From Nannocystis bainbridge (lineage in GTDB: Bacteria; Myxococcota_A; Polyangia; Nannocystales; Nannocystaceae): DNA of 64,000 nucleotides. This document shows, in pieces, positions 50,085 to 64,000 of this stretch; positions within the stretch are counted from its first letter, which is position 1, and every line of letters starts with the position of its first letter. The stretch lies in NCBI RefSeq assembly GCF_028368995.1, contig NZ_JAQNDL010000003.1, forward strand, positions 384,001-448,000. The letters are read 5' to 3'. The notes under the pieces are model-generated. The model ran no database searches. It saw only the letters and a list, made by a program, of their open reading frames with translations, and was not told where the DNA came from. The position numbers and the translations under genes were made by a program.

Positions 50085-50138
50085 GGTCTGGTCTCTCTTC
50101 CTTGGGCGAGCGGCAACGCTCGCGGACATGGGTGCAAT

Positions 50139-50154
50139 AGCAGGCGCCGGACCA
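50139..50154 (-). promoter_or_regulatory. Putative sigma54 (-24/-12) promoter of ahpCD
   Basis: Minus strand TGGTCCGGCGCCTGCT, GG-N10-GC, ~55 bp upstream of ahpC. Confidence 0.6.
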
Positions 50155-50240
50155 TACGACAGAGTCAACGAAATCAGACACTTGTCCGTTTGCTCGGGGC
50201 CGGCCGACCCCGACCGGTCGTGGTCCACCGTCCCATCGGT

Positions 50241-50262
50241 ACCGAAACACTGGCATTTCGGT
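50241..50262. promoter_or_regulatory. Candidate enhancer/operator palindrome for the adjacent activator
   Basis: ACCGAAA-N8-TTTCGGT ~90-110 bp upstream of the -24 element. Confidence 0.45.
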
Positions 50263-50285
50263 GCCCGGCGATCCAGACTGGGGCC

Positions 50286-51782
50286 ATGGACACCGACGAT
50301 CTCCTGCGCCGCGGCCTCGACTGGGTGGCTCGGATCGCGCCCTACGACCTCGCCGCCGTGTTCACCCTCGACGACGGCGGCCTGGTCGTCCGCGCCGCCC
50401 GCGGCAACCTGGCCAGCCAGGTCCGCGGCCACCGCATCGACCTGGCGCGCTTCCCGACCCTGCGCGAGGCGCTCGAGACGCGCCGCGCCCGCGCCTTCAC
50501 CGAGGACGATCACCGCCACGGCGACGGCGATCCCTTCGACGGCGTCCTGGACCTCTCGCCCGGCCACGCCTGCATGGTCGTGCCGCTGCACGCCGCCGGC
50601 CGCTCGCTCGGCGTGCTCACCCTCGACCGCACCCACTGCGAGCGCTATCCGCAGGCCGTGGTCGACCAGGTCGAGACCTACGGGCAGATCCTCGGCCTCG
50701 CGCTCGACAACGCCGAGCGCCGGGTCGTGCTCGAGACCCTGCGCGAGGCCGAGCTCGAGCGGGCCCGCGAGCAGGACGAGGTCGCCGCCGGCTACGGGGT
50801 GCTCGAGCGCAGCGCCAGCCCGGCCGTGCGGGCCGTGGCGGCGCGCGCCCGCCAGGTCGCCGCCACCGACACGCCGGTGCTGATCCTCGGCGAGACCGGC
50901 ACCGGCAAGGAGCGGCTCGCCCGCGCCCTGCACCGCTGGAGCGCCCGCGCCGACCGGCCCTTCGTCGCTATCAACTGCGCGGCGATCCCCGCCTCGTTGC
51001 TCGAGAGCGAGTTGTTCGGCCACACCCGCGGCGCCTTCACCGGGGCCACGCGCGACCGCCTCGGCCGGTTCCAGCTGGCCAGCGGCGGCACGCTGCTGCT
51101 CGACGAGATCGGCGAGCTGCCGATCGAGCTGCAGGCCAAGCTGCTGCGCGTCGTGCAGGAGGGCGTGGTCGAGCCGGTCGGCAGCGACAAGAGCGTCAAG
51201 GTCGACGTCCGCCTGCTCGCCGCCACCCACGTCGACCTCGAGAAGGCGATCGCCGGCGGCCGCCTGCGCGAGGATCTTTACTATCGCCTGGCCGTGTTCC
51301 CGCTGCGCCTGCCGCCGCTGCGCCAGCGCCTCGAGGACCTGCCGCTGCTGTCCGCCGCGATGCTCGCCGAACAGAGCCAGCGGACCGGCCGCCGCGGCAT
51401 GCGGATCAGCGAGGACGGCCTGACCCGCCTGCGCGCCCACGCCTGGCCGGGCAACCTGCGCGAGCTCAGCAACGTGCTCGAGCGCGCCACCATCGTCACC
51501 ACCGGCGACGTGCTCGGCCCGGAGGCGTTCGAGCTCGGCGACATGTCCCATGCGCCAGGTCCCGTCGAGCCCGCGCTCACGGCCCCGCCGTCGGCCACGC
51601 CGATGCAGCACGACGGCCGGATCGCCACGCTCGAGGAGGTGACGGCCCTGCAGATCCAGCGGGTCCTGACCCACACGCGCGGGCGGATCTACGGCCCCGG
51701 CGGCGCCGCCGAGCTGCTCGGGGTCCCGCCCTCGACGCTGCAGAGCCGGATGAAAAAGCTCGGCGTCGCCCGCACCGCGTGA
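50286..51782 (+). CDS. GAF-domain sigma54-dependent enhancer-binding protein
   Basis: N-terminal [41 protein letters not shown]-terminal HTH; start MDTDD. Confidence 0.93.
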   Translation: MDTDDLLRRGLDWVARIAPYDLAAVFTLDDGGLVVRAARGNLASQVRGHRIDLARFPTLREALETRRARAFTEDDHRHGDGDPFDGVLDLSPGHACMVVPLHAAGRSLGVLTLDRTHCERYPQAVVDQVETYGQILGLALDNAERRVVLETLREAELERAREQDEVAAGYGVLERSASPAVRAVAARARQVAATDTPVLILGETGTGKERLARALHRWSARADRPFVAINCAAIPASLLESELFGHTRGAFTGATRDRLGRFQLASGGTLLLDEIGELPIELQAKLLRVVQEGVVEPVGSDKSVKVDVRLLAATHVDLEKAIAGGRLREDLYYRLAVFPLRLPPLRQRLEDLPLLSAAMLAEQSQRTGRRGMRISEDGLTRLRAHAWPGNLRELSNVLERATIVTTGDVLGPEAFELGDMSHAPGPVEPALTAPPSATPMQHDGRIATLEEVTALQIQRVLTHTRGRIYGPGGAAELLGVPPSTLQSRMKKLGVARTA

Positions 51783-51845
51783 GGCGCGAGCGGCCAGCGG
51801 AGCCTCGCGGCGACGAGGCCCGACGTCTGCCAGATCCGTCCGAAT

Positions 51846-51897
51846 GGACATGCCCGTTCGAGCATGCCCTTTCGGGCATGTCCACGACGACATGCCC
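51846..51897. repeat. 14-bp-period RRRCATGYYY array (4 units)
   Basis: GGACATGCCC 51846, GAGCATGCCC 51860, GGGCATGTCC 51874, CGACATGCCC 51888. Confidence 0.92.
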
Positions 51898-51914
51898 TAA
51901 AGTTCAGCGACGCC

Positions 51915-52565
51915 TCAGCGGAACAGCAGGCTCCACAGCGCGTCGACCATCGACTCGGCCACGATCTCCTGCTTCACCGGCCGGCCGGTCTCGAGCTGGG
52001 GCGGCGGCGGTGGCACGCTGCGGGCGGCCGCGCGGGCGCGGGCCGCCTCGCCGATCGCCCGCCCGCCGGCCCGCAGGAACGCCTCCACCTCCTCGAGCTC
52101 GCCGGCGTCGAGGAACAGCCCGTGGTGGCGGCACTCGTCGACGATCACCCCGCTGATCGAGCCGAAGTTGCGGCGGTTCATCACCTCGCGGCAGCGCGGG
52201 CACTCGCGGTAGCGGACATCGGACTCGCGGGTCGCCGGCGCGGGCACGCGGGCGCGCAGGTCGGCCTCGTGCATGGCCCCGGTCCCGGGGCTGGGGTCGA
52301 GGCCGGAGGTCAGCACCTCGAGCTCGCCGGCGTCGAGCCAGATCCCGCCACAGCCCGCGCAGGTGTCGAACTCGATCCCGTGGCGGACGGCGGTCGCGTG
52401 CAGCGGCTCGCCGCAGCCCGGGCAATCGCCGCCGCGGGGCGTCCGGGCGCCCGGATCGCGGTACTCCGGCGGGCGAGCGGGCTCGTCGGGCAGCAGGTCG
52501 GCCAGGGCCTGTGAGATCCGGGCAGCGCGGGCGCGGGACTCCTCCGTCGGGCGGGGACGACGCAT
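51915..52565 (-). CDS. Protein with two zf-TFIIB-like zinc ribbons
   Basis: CPGC...CAGCGGIWLDAGEL and CPRC...CRHHGLFLDAGEL. Confidence 0.85.
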   Translation of the reverse strand: MRRPRPTEESRARAARISQALADLLPDEPARPPEYRDPGARTPRGGDCPGCGEPLHATAVRHGIEFDTCAGCGGIWLDAGELEVLTSGLDPSPGTGAMHEADLRARVPAPATRESDVRYRECPRCREVMNRRNFGSISGVIVDECRHHGLFLDAGELEEVEAFLRAGGRAIGEAARARAAARSVPPPPPQLETGRPVKQEIVAESMVDALWSLLFR

Positions 52566-52620
52566 GACCGCACGATACCAGCGAACGCCCGGTCCCGTGG
52601 TAAGAAGCCCGCGAGCGCTC

Positions 52621-53220
52621 ATGAGCACGACGCGAACCTTCCGCCGGATCTGCATCTTCTGCGGCTCGAACAGGGGTCTCGAGCCCGGCTTCGCCGAGGT
52701 CGCCCGCGGCGTCGGCGAGCACCTGGCCCGCAGCGGGATCGGCGTCGTCTACGGCGGCGGCAAGATCGGCCTCATGGGCGAAGTCGCTGACGCGGCCCTG
52801 CGCGCTGGCGGCCAGGTGTTCGGCGTCATCCCGCAGAAGCTGTGGGACGTCGAGGTCGGCCACGGCGGCCTCACCGAGCTGTTCGTGGTCGACAGCATGC
52901 ACGCCCGCAAGATGATGATGGCCCAGCTCAGCGACGCCTTCATCGCCCTGCCCGGCGGCTTCGGCACGCTCGAGGAGCTGTTCGAGGCGATCACGTGGAT
53001 GCAGCTCGGCTACCACCGCAAGCCGGTCGGCCTCGTCAACGTCGGCGGCTACTACGACCACCTGCTGGCCTTCCTCGACCACGGCGCCGCCCAGGGCTTC
53101 GTCCGTGACAGCCACCGCCCGCTGATGCTGGCGGCGCCCGACATCGGCGGCCTGATCGAGCAGATGGCCCACGTCGAGATCCCCCACTTCAGCCTCGGCC
53201 ACGCCCCGCCGCGGCTGTAG
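52621..53220 (+). CDS. LOG family nucleotide phosphoribohydrolase (TIGR00730)
   Basis: CIFCGS, VYGGG..GLMG, MHARK, PGGFGTLEE. Confidence 0.93.
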   Translation: MSTTRTFRRICIFCGSNRGLEPGFAEVARGVGEHLARSGIGVVYGGGKIGLMGEVADAALRAGGQVFGVIPQKLWDVEVGHGGLTELFVVDSMHARKMMMAQLSDAFIALPGGFGTLEELFEAITWMQLGYHRKPVGLVNVGGYYDHLLAFLDHGAAQGFVRDSHRPLMLAAPDIGGLIEQMAHVEIPHFSLGHAPPRL

Positions 53221-53269
53221 CCGCGAGGCGCCCCGCCGCCCGGCTCACGCCGCAGCGCGCTGTCTCAAT

Positions 53270-53349
53270 AGACATGTCCTCTCGGACATGTCTATTTCGC
53301 CATGTCCGGACGGACATGCCCCCGGGGGCATGACCTATCCGCCATGTCC
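53270..53349. repeat. 14-bp-period RRRCATGYYY array (6 units); last unit lies in the kinase 3' end
   Basis: AGACATGTCC 53270, GGACATGTCT 53284, CGCCATGTCC 53298, GGACATGCCC 53312, GGGCATGACC 53326, CGCCATGTCC 53340. Confidence 0.92.
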
Positions 53350-56049
53350 GCGCAGCCAGGCCTCGATCTCGGCCCGGTCGGCGCTCGCGTCCAGCCCCGT
53401 CAGCTCCTCCGCGGCCGCGCGGGCCAGCGCGCGCGCCTCGGCCTGGGTCGCCTTGCGGGCCCAGCGGGTGCGGGCCAGCGCGAAGCGGGCCCACGCGGCG
53501 TCGCGCGGGCGCTCGTGGGCGGCGTACAGCTCGAGCGCGCGCTCGAACTGACGCGCCGCCTCGCCGACGCGGTTGCGGGCCAGCGCCACCTCGCCGAGGC
53601 CGGTCAGCGCCGGCGCCACGTCGAGGTCCTCGGGCCCGCGGGACGTCTGGAAGATGCCGAGCGCGCGCGTGTAGAAGCGGGCCGCCTTGTCGAGGTCGCC
53701 GCGCTGCAGGTGCAGCTCGCCGAGGCTCAGCAGCGCGTAGCCGACCTCCGGGTGCTCCGCGCCGAGGGCCTTGGCCGCGCCGACGGCCGCGCGCTCGAGC
53801 AGCTCCAGCGCCTTGGCCGACTCGCCGCGGCTGCGGTAGATGTTGCCGAGGTCTTGCTGGGCGTGCGACGCCTCGATGCTCTCGGCCCCATTGGTCTGCT
53901 CGCGGATCGCCAGCGCGCGCAGGCCGAGGCGCTCGGCCTTGTCGAGGTCGCCGCGGTCGAGCGCGAGGCGGGCCAGGTTGCCGAGCGCCAGCGCGACGTC
54001 GGGGTGCTCGGGCCCGAGGATCCGCTCGAACAGCTCGAGCGCCCGCTGGTAGCACACGCGCGCGTCCTCGAGGCGGTCGCGGCGGTAGTGCAGGTTGCCG
54101 CGGTTGTTGAGCGGCCCGGCCATCTCGAGCGCGTCGGCCCCGAGCTGCTCGCTGACGATCGTCAGGATCTGCTCCATCACCTCCTCGGCCTCGTCGAGTC
54201 GGCCGCGGTCGAGGTAGATGAGCCCGAGGATGTTGAGCGCCCAGGTGCCGCGCAGCGTGGTCGCCTCGCCCTGGGCCACGTTCATCGCCTGCGCCAGCCT
54301 GGCCCAGCGGATGCCCTCCTCGTGGCGAGCCATGCGACCGCCGACGAGGTCGGCCATGCCGGTGACGATGTCGGTGAGCAGCGCGTCCTGGCCGGTCTCG
54401 GCCGCCAGCACCATCGCCTCGTCGAGCCACGCCTCGGCCTGCTTGAGGTCGGAGACATCGCTGGCGAACATCGCCGCGCGGAAGCGGGCCAGCGCCGCCA
54501 GCGGGCGCCAGCCGACCGCGTCAGCCTCGGGGATCAGCGCGCGGCTCTGCCCCAGCCCCTCCTGAAAGCGACCGGTCACCCCGAGCGTCCGCACCTGCCG
54601 CAGCGCCTGGCGCACGCGCAGCACCTCGGCGCGCACCTGCTCGTCGGCGGGCGGCGGCGACTGGCGGGCCAGATACGACAGGTCGAGGCAGGTCGTCGGC
54701 GGCGGCAGGTCGCTCACCGCCGCGACCGCGTGCTGGACCGCGTCGGCGTCGATCGCCGCGAACCGCTCGAGCGTGCCGTCGAACGCCCAGCGCGCGTCGA
54801 GCAGGCACTCCTCGGCGCGGCCGACCAGGTCGCTCGACCAGCGCGGATCGATGCGGGGCATCATGCACAGCCGCGACTTGGCGTCCGCCCACGACGCGGT
54901 GAACACCTCGACGATCGCCGACGCGCGCCGGAACGTGCGCTCGCCGAGCGCCGGCGCCGCGGCGATGAACGCCGCCTCCACGCCCGGCCGCGCCGCCGCC
55001 CACTGCGTCACCAGCTCCTGCCCGCCGTCCCAGCACGCCTCGGCCTGCCAGCGGCCCTGCACCTGCGTGTACCCGACCTCGCCGGCGATCACGGCCCCGA
55101 GCCCGAGCACCGCCGCCGCCGCGAACCTTCGCCGTCGCCGCGGCGTCCCGCTCTCGAGCTCGGCCAGCAGCGCCGCCATCGACGGCCACCGCTGCGCCGG
55201 CTCGCTCTGCATCCCGCGCTCGATCGCCTGCCGCAGCCACGACGGCACCTTCGCCCCCGCCGGCGGCTCGCGCCGCTTGTTGCCGAGGATCGCCGCGCGA
55301 AAGTCCTCCGTCGTCTTGCCCGCGTACGGCCGCTCGCCGTACAGCCCCTCCCACAGCGACACGCAGAACGCGAACTGATCGGTGCGCGCGTCGACGACCG
55401 CGCCGTTCCAGTGCTCGGGCGCCATGTAGGCCGGCGTGCCCATCAGCGAGCCCGCCTCCGTCACTCCGCTCCACAGCACCGCCGTCGGCGCCCGCATCAC
55501 CGTGTTCTCCTCCGGGCTGCGCGTCGCCAGCTCGCCGCGCGCCAGCCCGAAGTCCATCACCCGCACGCGGCCGTCCTTGCCGACCATCGCGTTGAGCGGC
55601 TTGAAGTCGCGGTGGACCAGGCCCGCGCTGTGGGCCGCCGCCAGCCCGCGCCCGGCCTGCAAGTACGCGCCGAGGATCTCCCGCGGCCCGTGCAGCTTGA
55701 CCCACGCGTGCAGCGTCGAGCCCGACACGTACTCCATCGCCAGGTAGAGCGTGTTGGCGTACTCGCCGACCTCGAACACCTGGACCACGTTGGGGTGTGA
55801 CAGCAGCGCCAGCGCCTGGGCCTCGCGGCGCATGCGGTCGCGCTCGTCGGCCCCGCCGCTGCCGCGCAGCAGCTTGATCGCCACGCGGCGGTTGAGGTCG
55901 GCGTCGTAGCCGAGCAGCACGCGGCCCTGCGCCCCGGCGCCGAGGCTGCCGAGCACGTGGAAGCGGCCGATCCGGCGCGGGAGGCCGTCGCCCTCGTCGC
56001 GCGGCGCCGCCTCCACGCGGGTCTTGTCGTCCTCGGGGGGGCCGGGCAT
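53335..56049 (-). CDS. Ser/Thr kinase with TM helix and C-terminal TPR repeats
   Basis: LGAGAQG, VAIK, HRDFKPLN, DFG, GTPAYMAPE, TM helix, LGPEHPDVA TPRs; start MPGPPE. Confidence 0.93.
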   Translation of the reverse strand: MPGPPEDDKTRVEAAPRDEGDGLPRRIGRFHVLGSLGAGAQGRVLLGYDADLNRRVAIKLLRGSGGADERDRMRREAQALALLSHPNVVQVFEVGEYANTLYLAMEYVSGSTLHAWVKLHGPREILGAYLQAGRGLAAAHSAGLVHRDFKPLNAMVGKDGRVRVMDFGLARGELATRSPEENTVMRAPTAVLWSGVTEAGSLMGTPAYMAPEHWNGAVVDARTDQFAFCVSLWEGLYGERPYAGKTTEDFRAAILGNKRREPPAGAKVPSWLRQAIERGMQSEPAQRWPSMAALLAELESGTPRRRRRFAAAAVLGLGAVIAGEVGYTQVQGRWQAEACWDGGQELVTQWAAARPGVEAAFIAAAPALGERTFRRASAIVEVFTASWADAKSRLCMMPRIDPRWSSDLVGRAEECLLDARWAFDGTLERFAAIDADAVQHAVAAVSDLPPPTTCLDLSYLARQSPPPADEQVRAEVLRVRQALRQVRTLGVTGRFQEGLGQSRALIPEADAVGWRPLAALARFRAAMFASDVSDLKQAEAWLDEAMVLAAETGQDALLTDIVTGMADLVGGRMARHEEGIRWARLAQAMNVAQGEATTLRGTWALNILGLIYLDRGRLDEAEEVMEQILTIVSEQLGADALEMAGPLNNRGNLHYRRDRLEDARVCYQRALELFERILGPEHPDVALALGNLARLALDRGDLDKAERLGLRALAIREQTNGAESIEASHAQQDLGNIYRSRGESAKALELLERAAVGAAKALGAEHPEVGYALLSLGELHLQRGDLDKAARFYTRALGIFQTSRGPEDLDVAPALTGLGEVALARNRVGEAARQFERALELYAAHERPRDAAWARFALARTRWARKATQAEARALARAAAEELTGLDASADRAEIEAWLRGHGG

Positions 56050-56231
56050 GCGGGCCGACGAGCATAACCGGCTTCGCCGCGCGGCCCCAAGTGGTCTCGC
56101 GCCCGCACGCCCGCGAACGCGTACGCGTGATTCTGCGCCGCGGCTCGGGCCGCCGCGTCCGCTGCGAGTCGTGCGGCCACGCAAGAACCTGGCCCGAAGA
56201 CCAGGTCCTCAAGCACCCTCGCCGCGCTCCG

Positions 56232-59876
<3,645 letters not shown>

Positions 59877-60821
59877 GGCCGAAGGCTTACCACGCCTCGC
59901 GCCGCGCTCGCGTGCCTCGCCCTCGCGACGCTCGCATGCTCTCGTCACACCGAGGTCGACAGCGGGGACGGCGCAGCGGGATCCACCCGGCCAGCCGCGG
60001 GCGAACGCACCGTCCACCTCGCCCTGGAGACCGCGTTCCACTCGCTGGATCCAGCCGACGCGGGCGACGCCGTCAGCCGTCGCTTGACCTCACAGATCTT
60101 CGACACGTTGCTCGACTGGGATCCACACGCCGATCCCCCGCGCCTCGTGCCCGAGCTGCTCGCCGACCTGCCCGAGATCAGCCCCGACGGTCTCACTTAT
60201 TCGTTGCGCTTGCGGGAGGGTCCGCGGTTCCAGCGCGACACCTGTCTCAAAGACCAGGCGCGTCCCGTCCGCGCCGGCGACGTCGCGGCCTCGCTGCTGC
60301 GCATCCGCCCGGACAAGCACGCCGCGTGGTCGCTGCTGGCCGGCCGGATCGCCGGCCTCGACGCCTGGCATCGCACGCCCGACGAGCGCGCGCCGATCAC
60401 CGCCGACGACGCGGCCGGCACCGTCACTCTCCGGCTCACGCGCCCGCAGCCGGAGTTCGCGGCGATCCTCGCCCACCCCGCGCTGGCGATCGTCCCGCCC
60501 GAGTGCGTCGATCACTACGACGGCTCGGCGCCCGAGCGCCCGCGGTTCGCCCGCCATCCGGTGGGCAGCGGGCCCTATCGCCTCGACCACGCCGCCAGCG
60601 AGTTCCCACGCACCGCCGTGCTCGTGGCCACCGACGCGCCGCGCCCGTACCCGCAGCCGCCCGGGCGGCCGCCGCTGCCGTGCACGCAGGCACCCGCGGC
60701 CGCGCGCGTGGTGCTGACCCACTTCCAGCACGGCGAGCCGGCCCTGCGCGCCTTCCAGGCCGGCGAGCTGGCGGCGATCGTGCCCGGCCAGGCGCAGTTC
60801 GCCGAGGTGGTGGCGCTCGGG

Positions 60822-60859
60822 CGACCTGTCCCCGGGGCCCTGCCCTCCGGGACAGGTCT
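60822..60859. repeat. Intragenic degenerate 14-bp-period array (3 units)
   Basis: CGACCTGTCC 60822, GGCCCTGCCC 60836, GGACAGGTCT 60850. Confidence 0.45.
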
Positions 60860-61618
60860 CGAAAAATTCCCGGTCGCCGCGATCGACCTCCTCTACTTCA
60901 ACATGGCGAGCCCGGAGATCGGGCATCACCCCGACCCGGCCCGCGCGCGCGAGAACCTGGCCCTGCGCCGCGCGATCGCCCGCGCGTTCGATGTCCCGCG
61001 CTACCTCGAGGTCGTGCGCAACGACGCGTGGGCCGAGGCTAGCGCCAGCGTGCTGCCGCGCGAGGTCTCGCCGCGCGTCGATCTCGCGGACGCACCGGCC
61101 CGGCCCGACCTCGCCGGCGCGCTGCAGATCCTCGCCGACGCCGGCCTGTCCCACAGGACATTTGTCTTGAACTACTGGGGCGGCCCCAGCGAGCCCGAGC
61201 GGCAAGAGGCCGCGCTCCTGCGCGAGTTCCTGCGCCCGCTCGGCGTCGACCTCCGCTTCACCCCGCGCGACAATTTCCTGTTCGACCCGGGCCTGCGCGC
61301 CTCGGCCCACCTGTTCGGCCTCCGCTTCGACGCCGACTACCTCGACCCGAGCAATTTCTTGTCGTCGCTGACCTGCCAGGCCCCCGACAACCTGGCCGGC
61401 TTCTGCGACCCGGGCTACGACGCCGCCTACGCCGCCTTCGCCGCCCTGCCCCCCGGCCCGACCCGCGACGACGCAGCCCGCCGCCTCCAGGCGCTGCTCG
61501 GCGAGCAGATGCCCGTGCGACCGATCGATCAACCGAGCGCGTGGTACCTCCACCAGCGCTGGCTCGGCGGACTGGTCCGCCACCCGCTGGCCGGCCTGCG
61601 CATCGAGCTGCTGTGCCC

Positions 61619-61725
61619 CGACATGCCCTGAAGGACATGCGCCGTCTCAATGCATCTTGAGACATGTCCATGAGAGCATGCCTCTTTGGACATAAACTTT
61701 CGCGCATGCTCTGGGAGACATGTTC
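61619..61725. repeat. 14-bp-period RRRCATGYYY array (8 slots, one 1-bp slip)
   Basis: CGACATGCCC 61619, GGACATGCGC 61633, eroded unit ~61646, AGACATGTCC 61660, GAGCATGCCT 61674, GGACATAAAC 61688, GCGCATGCTC 61702, AGACATGTTC 61716. Confidence 0.9.
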
Positions 61726-61786
61726 CGATTGCCGAGGAGCGAGTGAAGCGCCGGGCTCCATTGAAGCGGGCCGCCAGAGCGCGGGG

Positions 61787-64000
61787 TCAGCGGAGTTTGA
61801 GCCGCAGCCGCACGCGCGAGGTCTCGTCGCTCACCGGATAGCGCACCGACTCCAGCTCGTCGCGCACGCATCCCTGCCACGACGAGGCCGACGCGTCGAT
61901 CGGCACGGGCTCGAGGTTCAGGCTGCCGACGACGCCGCGACCCCGCGTGATCGACACATCCGCGGCGATCACCGGCGGAGCACCGACACACGCGCGAAGC
62001 GCCGCGAGGGCCCCGAGCGTCGCGGTCGTCGCCTCCGCGGTCGTCACGGTCGCTGCCGTCGCCATTCCGGCTTTCACCGCACGCGTCACCGGCTCCGAAC
62101 CGGGCTTCACCGCGCGCCGCGACGGACGAACCGGGACGGGGTCGACGCCGACCTGCGGCGGCTCGCTCGGCGGTCCCTGCGACGGCTCGACCCGCGTCGT
62201 CTCGCTCGTCGTCGCCTCCAGCGAGATCGGCTCGTTCTTCGCCTCGATCTGCGTCGGCTCGGCTCGTGCCGGCTCGCTCCGCTGCGATGATTCGGGCGGT
62301 GCTTCCGGGCCCGTGAGCGCGGACAACAACGACGCGAGCACAGCTCCGATCACGCCCCCACCCGCGAGCCTCCACCACACCGCAGGACCGAAGGCGGGCG
62401 CCGGGCTCGGCGACGCCGGCAGCGAAGCCGCTTGCATCGCGGCTGCCTGGGATGGGGCCGCCGGTGATGCCGGAGCCGCCGCGCGCGAGGCGACCGAGCT
62501 GGGAGCGCGGAGCTCCTGGATCGACGCCGCGGTGCTGCGAAGCATCTGCCCGAAGTGCGCCATCGTCACCGTGCGCCGCTCGGGCTCGGGCGCCAGGACC
62601 TCCGCGAGCTGCTCCAGGAGCTCGCTCTCGGCCAGCTCCGGCGCCGCTTCGAGCAACACTTCGCGAAGTCGATCGTCGAGCGCTTCGCGGGGGCCGGCGT
62701 CGATGATCTTGTGGACCCGCGCGCCGCCGTTGCGCTCGCCGGTCACGAGCGAGTACAGGATGAGGCCCAGGGAGTACACGTCGCTCAGGCGCGTGTGTTT
62801 GATGCCGCGCAAGATCTCGGGCGCGACCCAATCGGGTTGCCCGAAGTTGGGGCCCGTGTCGCCGCGGTGCGGCGGCGCCTCGGCGTAGCGCTGATCGGAG
62901 GCGGCGAAGAAGTGATCGAGGAGGCGACAGTCGCTCAGATCGATCACGCGGACCCGCGGCGTGGTCCCTTGCTCGAGGATGAAGTTGCCCGGGTGGACGT
63001 CGCCGTGGATGATGCCCCGGCTGTGGGCCTCGCTCAGCGCCTCGGCGATCTCAGCGACGGTCTCGACCGCCGCGAGCGCATCGAGCCGGCCCCGCGCGAG
63101 CCGCTCCGCCAGGGTTGCGCCCGGGATGTACTCCTCGACGAGGTACCACGCACCATCTTCGCAGTGATCGCAGTCGTGAATGCGGACGAACGCCGGGTGC
63201 GACAGCTTCTGCAGCGCCGTCGCCTCGCGGCAGATCTTCGAGGCGCGCGGCTTGGCCTCCGTCCGCGGGCCGATCTTGACGATGACCTCGCAGTCGAGCA
63301 CGTGGTGGTACGCGCGCCAGGTCTGACCGTTGCGCGTCTCGGCGAGGCGGAGCCGGAGCTCGAGGCGACGCTCGAACAGCTGCGGCGTGACGGTCGCGCT
63401 GCACGGATCGCCGCTCGTCGCCTCGGAGCACATCGGCTCGGGTGTCGGCGCCGGGCCCTTGTCCGCGGGCACCGGCCACACATGCAGCGCCGGCCGCAGC
63501 GTCGGGTCCGCCGCGCGCTGCGGCCACACGTGGGCGCCCGCGACCACCAGCCGCTCACGCAGCTCGGCCATCGTCGCCGGCCGCCGCTCCACCTCGGGAT
63601 CGCCGGCCGCGAGCACGACGCGCTGCAAGGGCACGGGCGTGTCCTCCAGCCCCTGCGGCCAATCGGTCGCCGGGCGCCGCGCCAACAATCGATAGAGCGT
63701 GCGACCCAGGCCGAACACGTCGGTCCGCGCGTCGATCGTGTCCCCGGCCTCCGGCGGCCTGTAGCCCTCCGTCCCGAGCGGGATCCCGACGGCGGTCGGA
63801 TGCCGGGGCGGCTTCAGCTCGAGCGTCGCCTCCGGCGTGACCTTGGCGAGCCCGAAGTCGACGAGCTTCGCGTCCTGTCCCGACCACATGATGTTCGACG
63901 CCTTGACGTCGCGGTGGATCACGCCGGCCGCGTGCGCTTGCATGAGCGCCTCCGCGATCTGGACCCCGATCCGCCACACCTCCACCGGCATGAGCCGCTT
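61787..64000 (-). CDS. Tandem-domain Ser/Thr kinase with TM helix; 5' end probably beyond the window
   Basis: Domain 1 HRDVKASN/DFG/YRPPE lacks its N-lobe and the frame is open to the window edge; domain 2 HGDVHPGN/DLS/WVAPE. Confidence 0.85.
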   Translation of the reverse strand, partial: KRLMPVEVWRIGVQIAEALMQAHAAGVIHRDVKASNIMWSGQDAKLVDFGLAKVTPEATLELKPPRHPTAVGIPLGTEGYRPPEAGDTIDARTDVFGLGRTLYRLLARRPATDWPQGLEDTPVPLQRVVLAAGDPEVERRPATMAELRERLVVAGAHVWPQRAADPTLRPALHVWPVPADKGPAPTPEPMCSEATSGDPCSATVTPQLFERRLELRLRLAETRNGQTWRAYHHVLDCEVIVKIGPRTEAKPRASKICREATALQKLSHPAFVRIHDCDHCEDGAWYLVEEYIPGATLAERLARGRLDALAAVETVAEIAEALSEAHSRGIIHGDVHPGNFILEQGTTPRVRVIDLSDCRLLDHFFAASDQRYAEAPPHRGDTGPNFGQPDWVAPEILRGIKHTRLSDVYSLGLILYSLVTGERNGGARVHKIIDAGPREALDDRLREVLLEAAPELAESELLEQLAEVLAPEPERRTVTMAHFGQMLRSTAASIQELRAPSSVASRAAAPASPAAPSQAAAMQAASLPASPSPAPAFGPAVWWRLAGGGVIGAVLASLLSALTGPEAPPESSQRSEPARAEPTQIEAKNEPISLEATTSETTRVEPSQGPPSEPPQVGVDPVPVRPSRRAVKPGSEPVTRAVKAGMATAATVTTAEATTATLGALAALRACVGAPPVIAADVSITRGRGVVGSLNLEPVPIDASASSWQGCVRDELESVRYPVSDETSRVRLRLKLR

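Noticed and set aside
49260-50285. N-terminal extensions of the sigma54 activator and of AhpC (ORF 49551-51893)
   Set aside because: Mutual antisense read-through; the real starts are 50286 and 50084.

Overview
Very GC-rich bacterial chromosome segment. Gene content (many eukaryote-like Ser/Thr kinases, DUF4215-type Cys repeats, MXAN_5187-like protein, SspB, a sigma54 enhancer-binding protein) suggests a myxobacterium, possibly Nannocystis-like (inference). It carries about 50 mostly housekeeping genes: ychF (partial), gcdH, sspB, tcdA, two ArsA-family ATPases, map, TetR/P450, gpmI, an RlmI-like methyltransferase, HtrA, a moxR-DUF58-batA-E operon, a selenocysteine cluster (selD with in-frame UGA and SECIS-like hairpin, selB, selA), comEC, def, CHAD, sua5, ahpCD with a divergent GAF-sigma54 activator, LOG, dnaE and three kinases. 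I found no rRNA, tRNA, CRISPR, transposase or integrase. The most striking unexplained signal is a dispersed family of arrays of a palindromic decamer, consensus RRRCATGYYY (most often GGACATGTCC/GGACATGCCC), repeated at a 14-bp period (10 bp + 4-bp variable spacer). It occurs at more than 20 loci, at 10 of 12 convergent gene junctions and at none of 12 divergent ones. Adjacent units show compensatory changes that give perfect tetraloop hairpins, and eroded in-phase copies lie inside coding regions. A second oddity: three consecutive junctions of the bat operon carry duplicated junction or gene-end sequence that forms short ORFs closely coupled to the flanking genes. All coordinates were read by eye.
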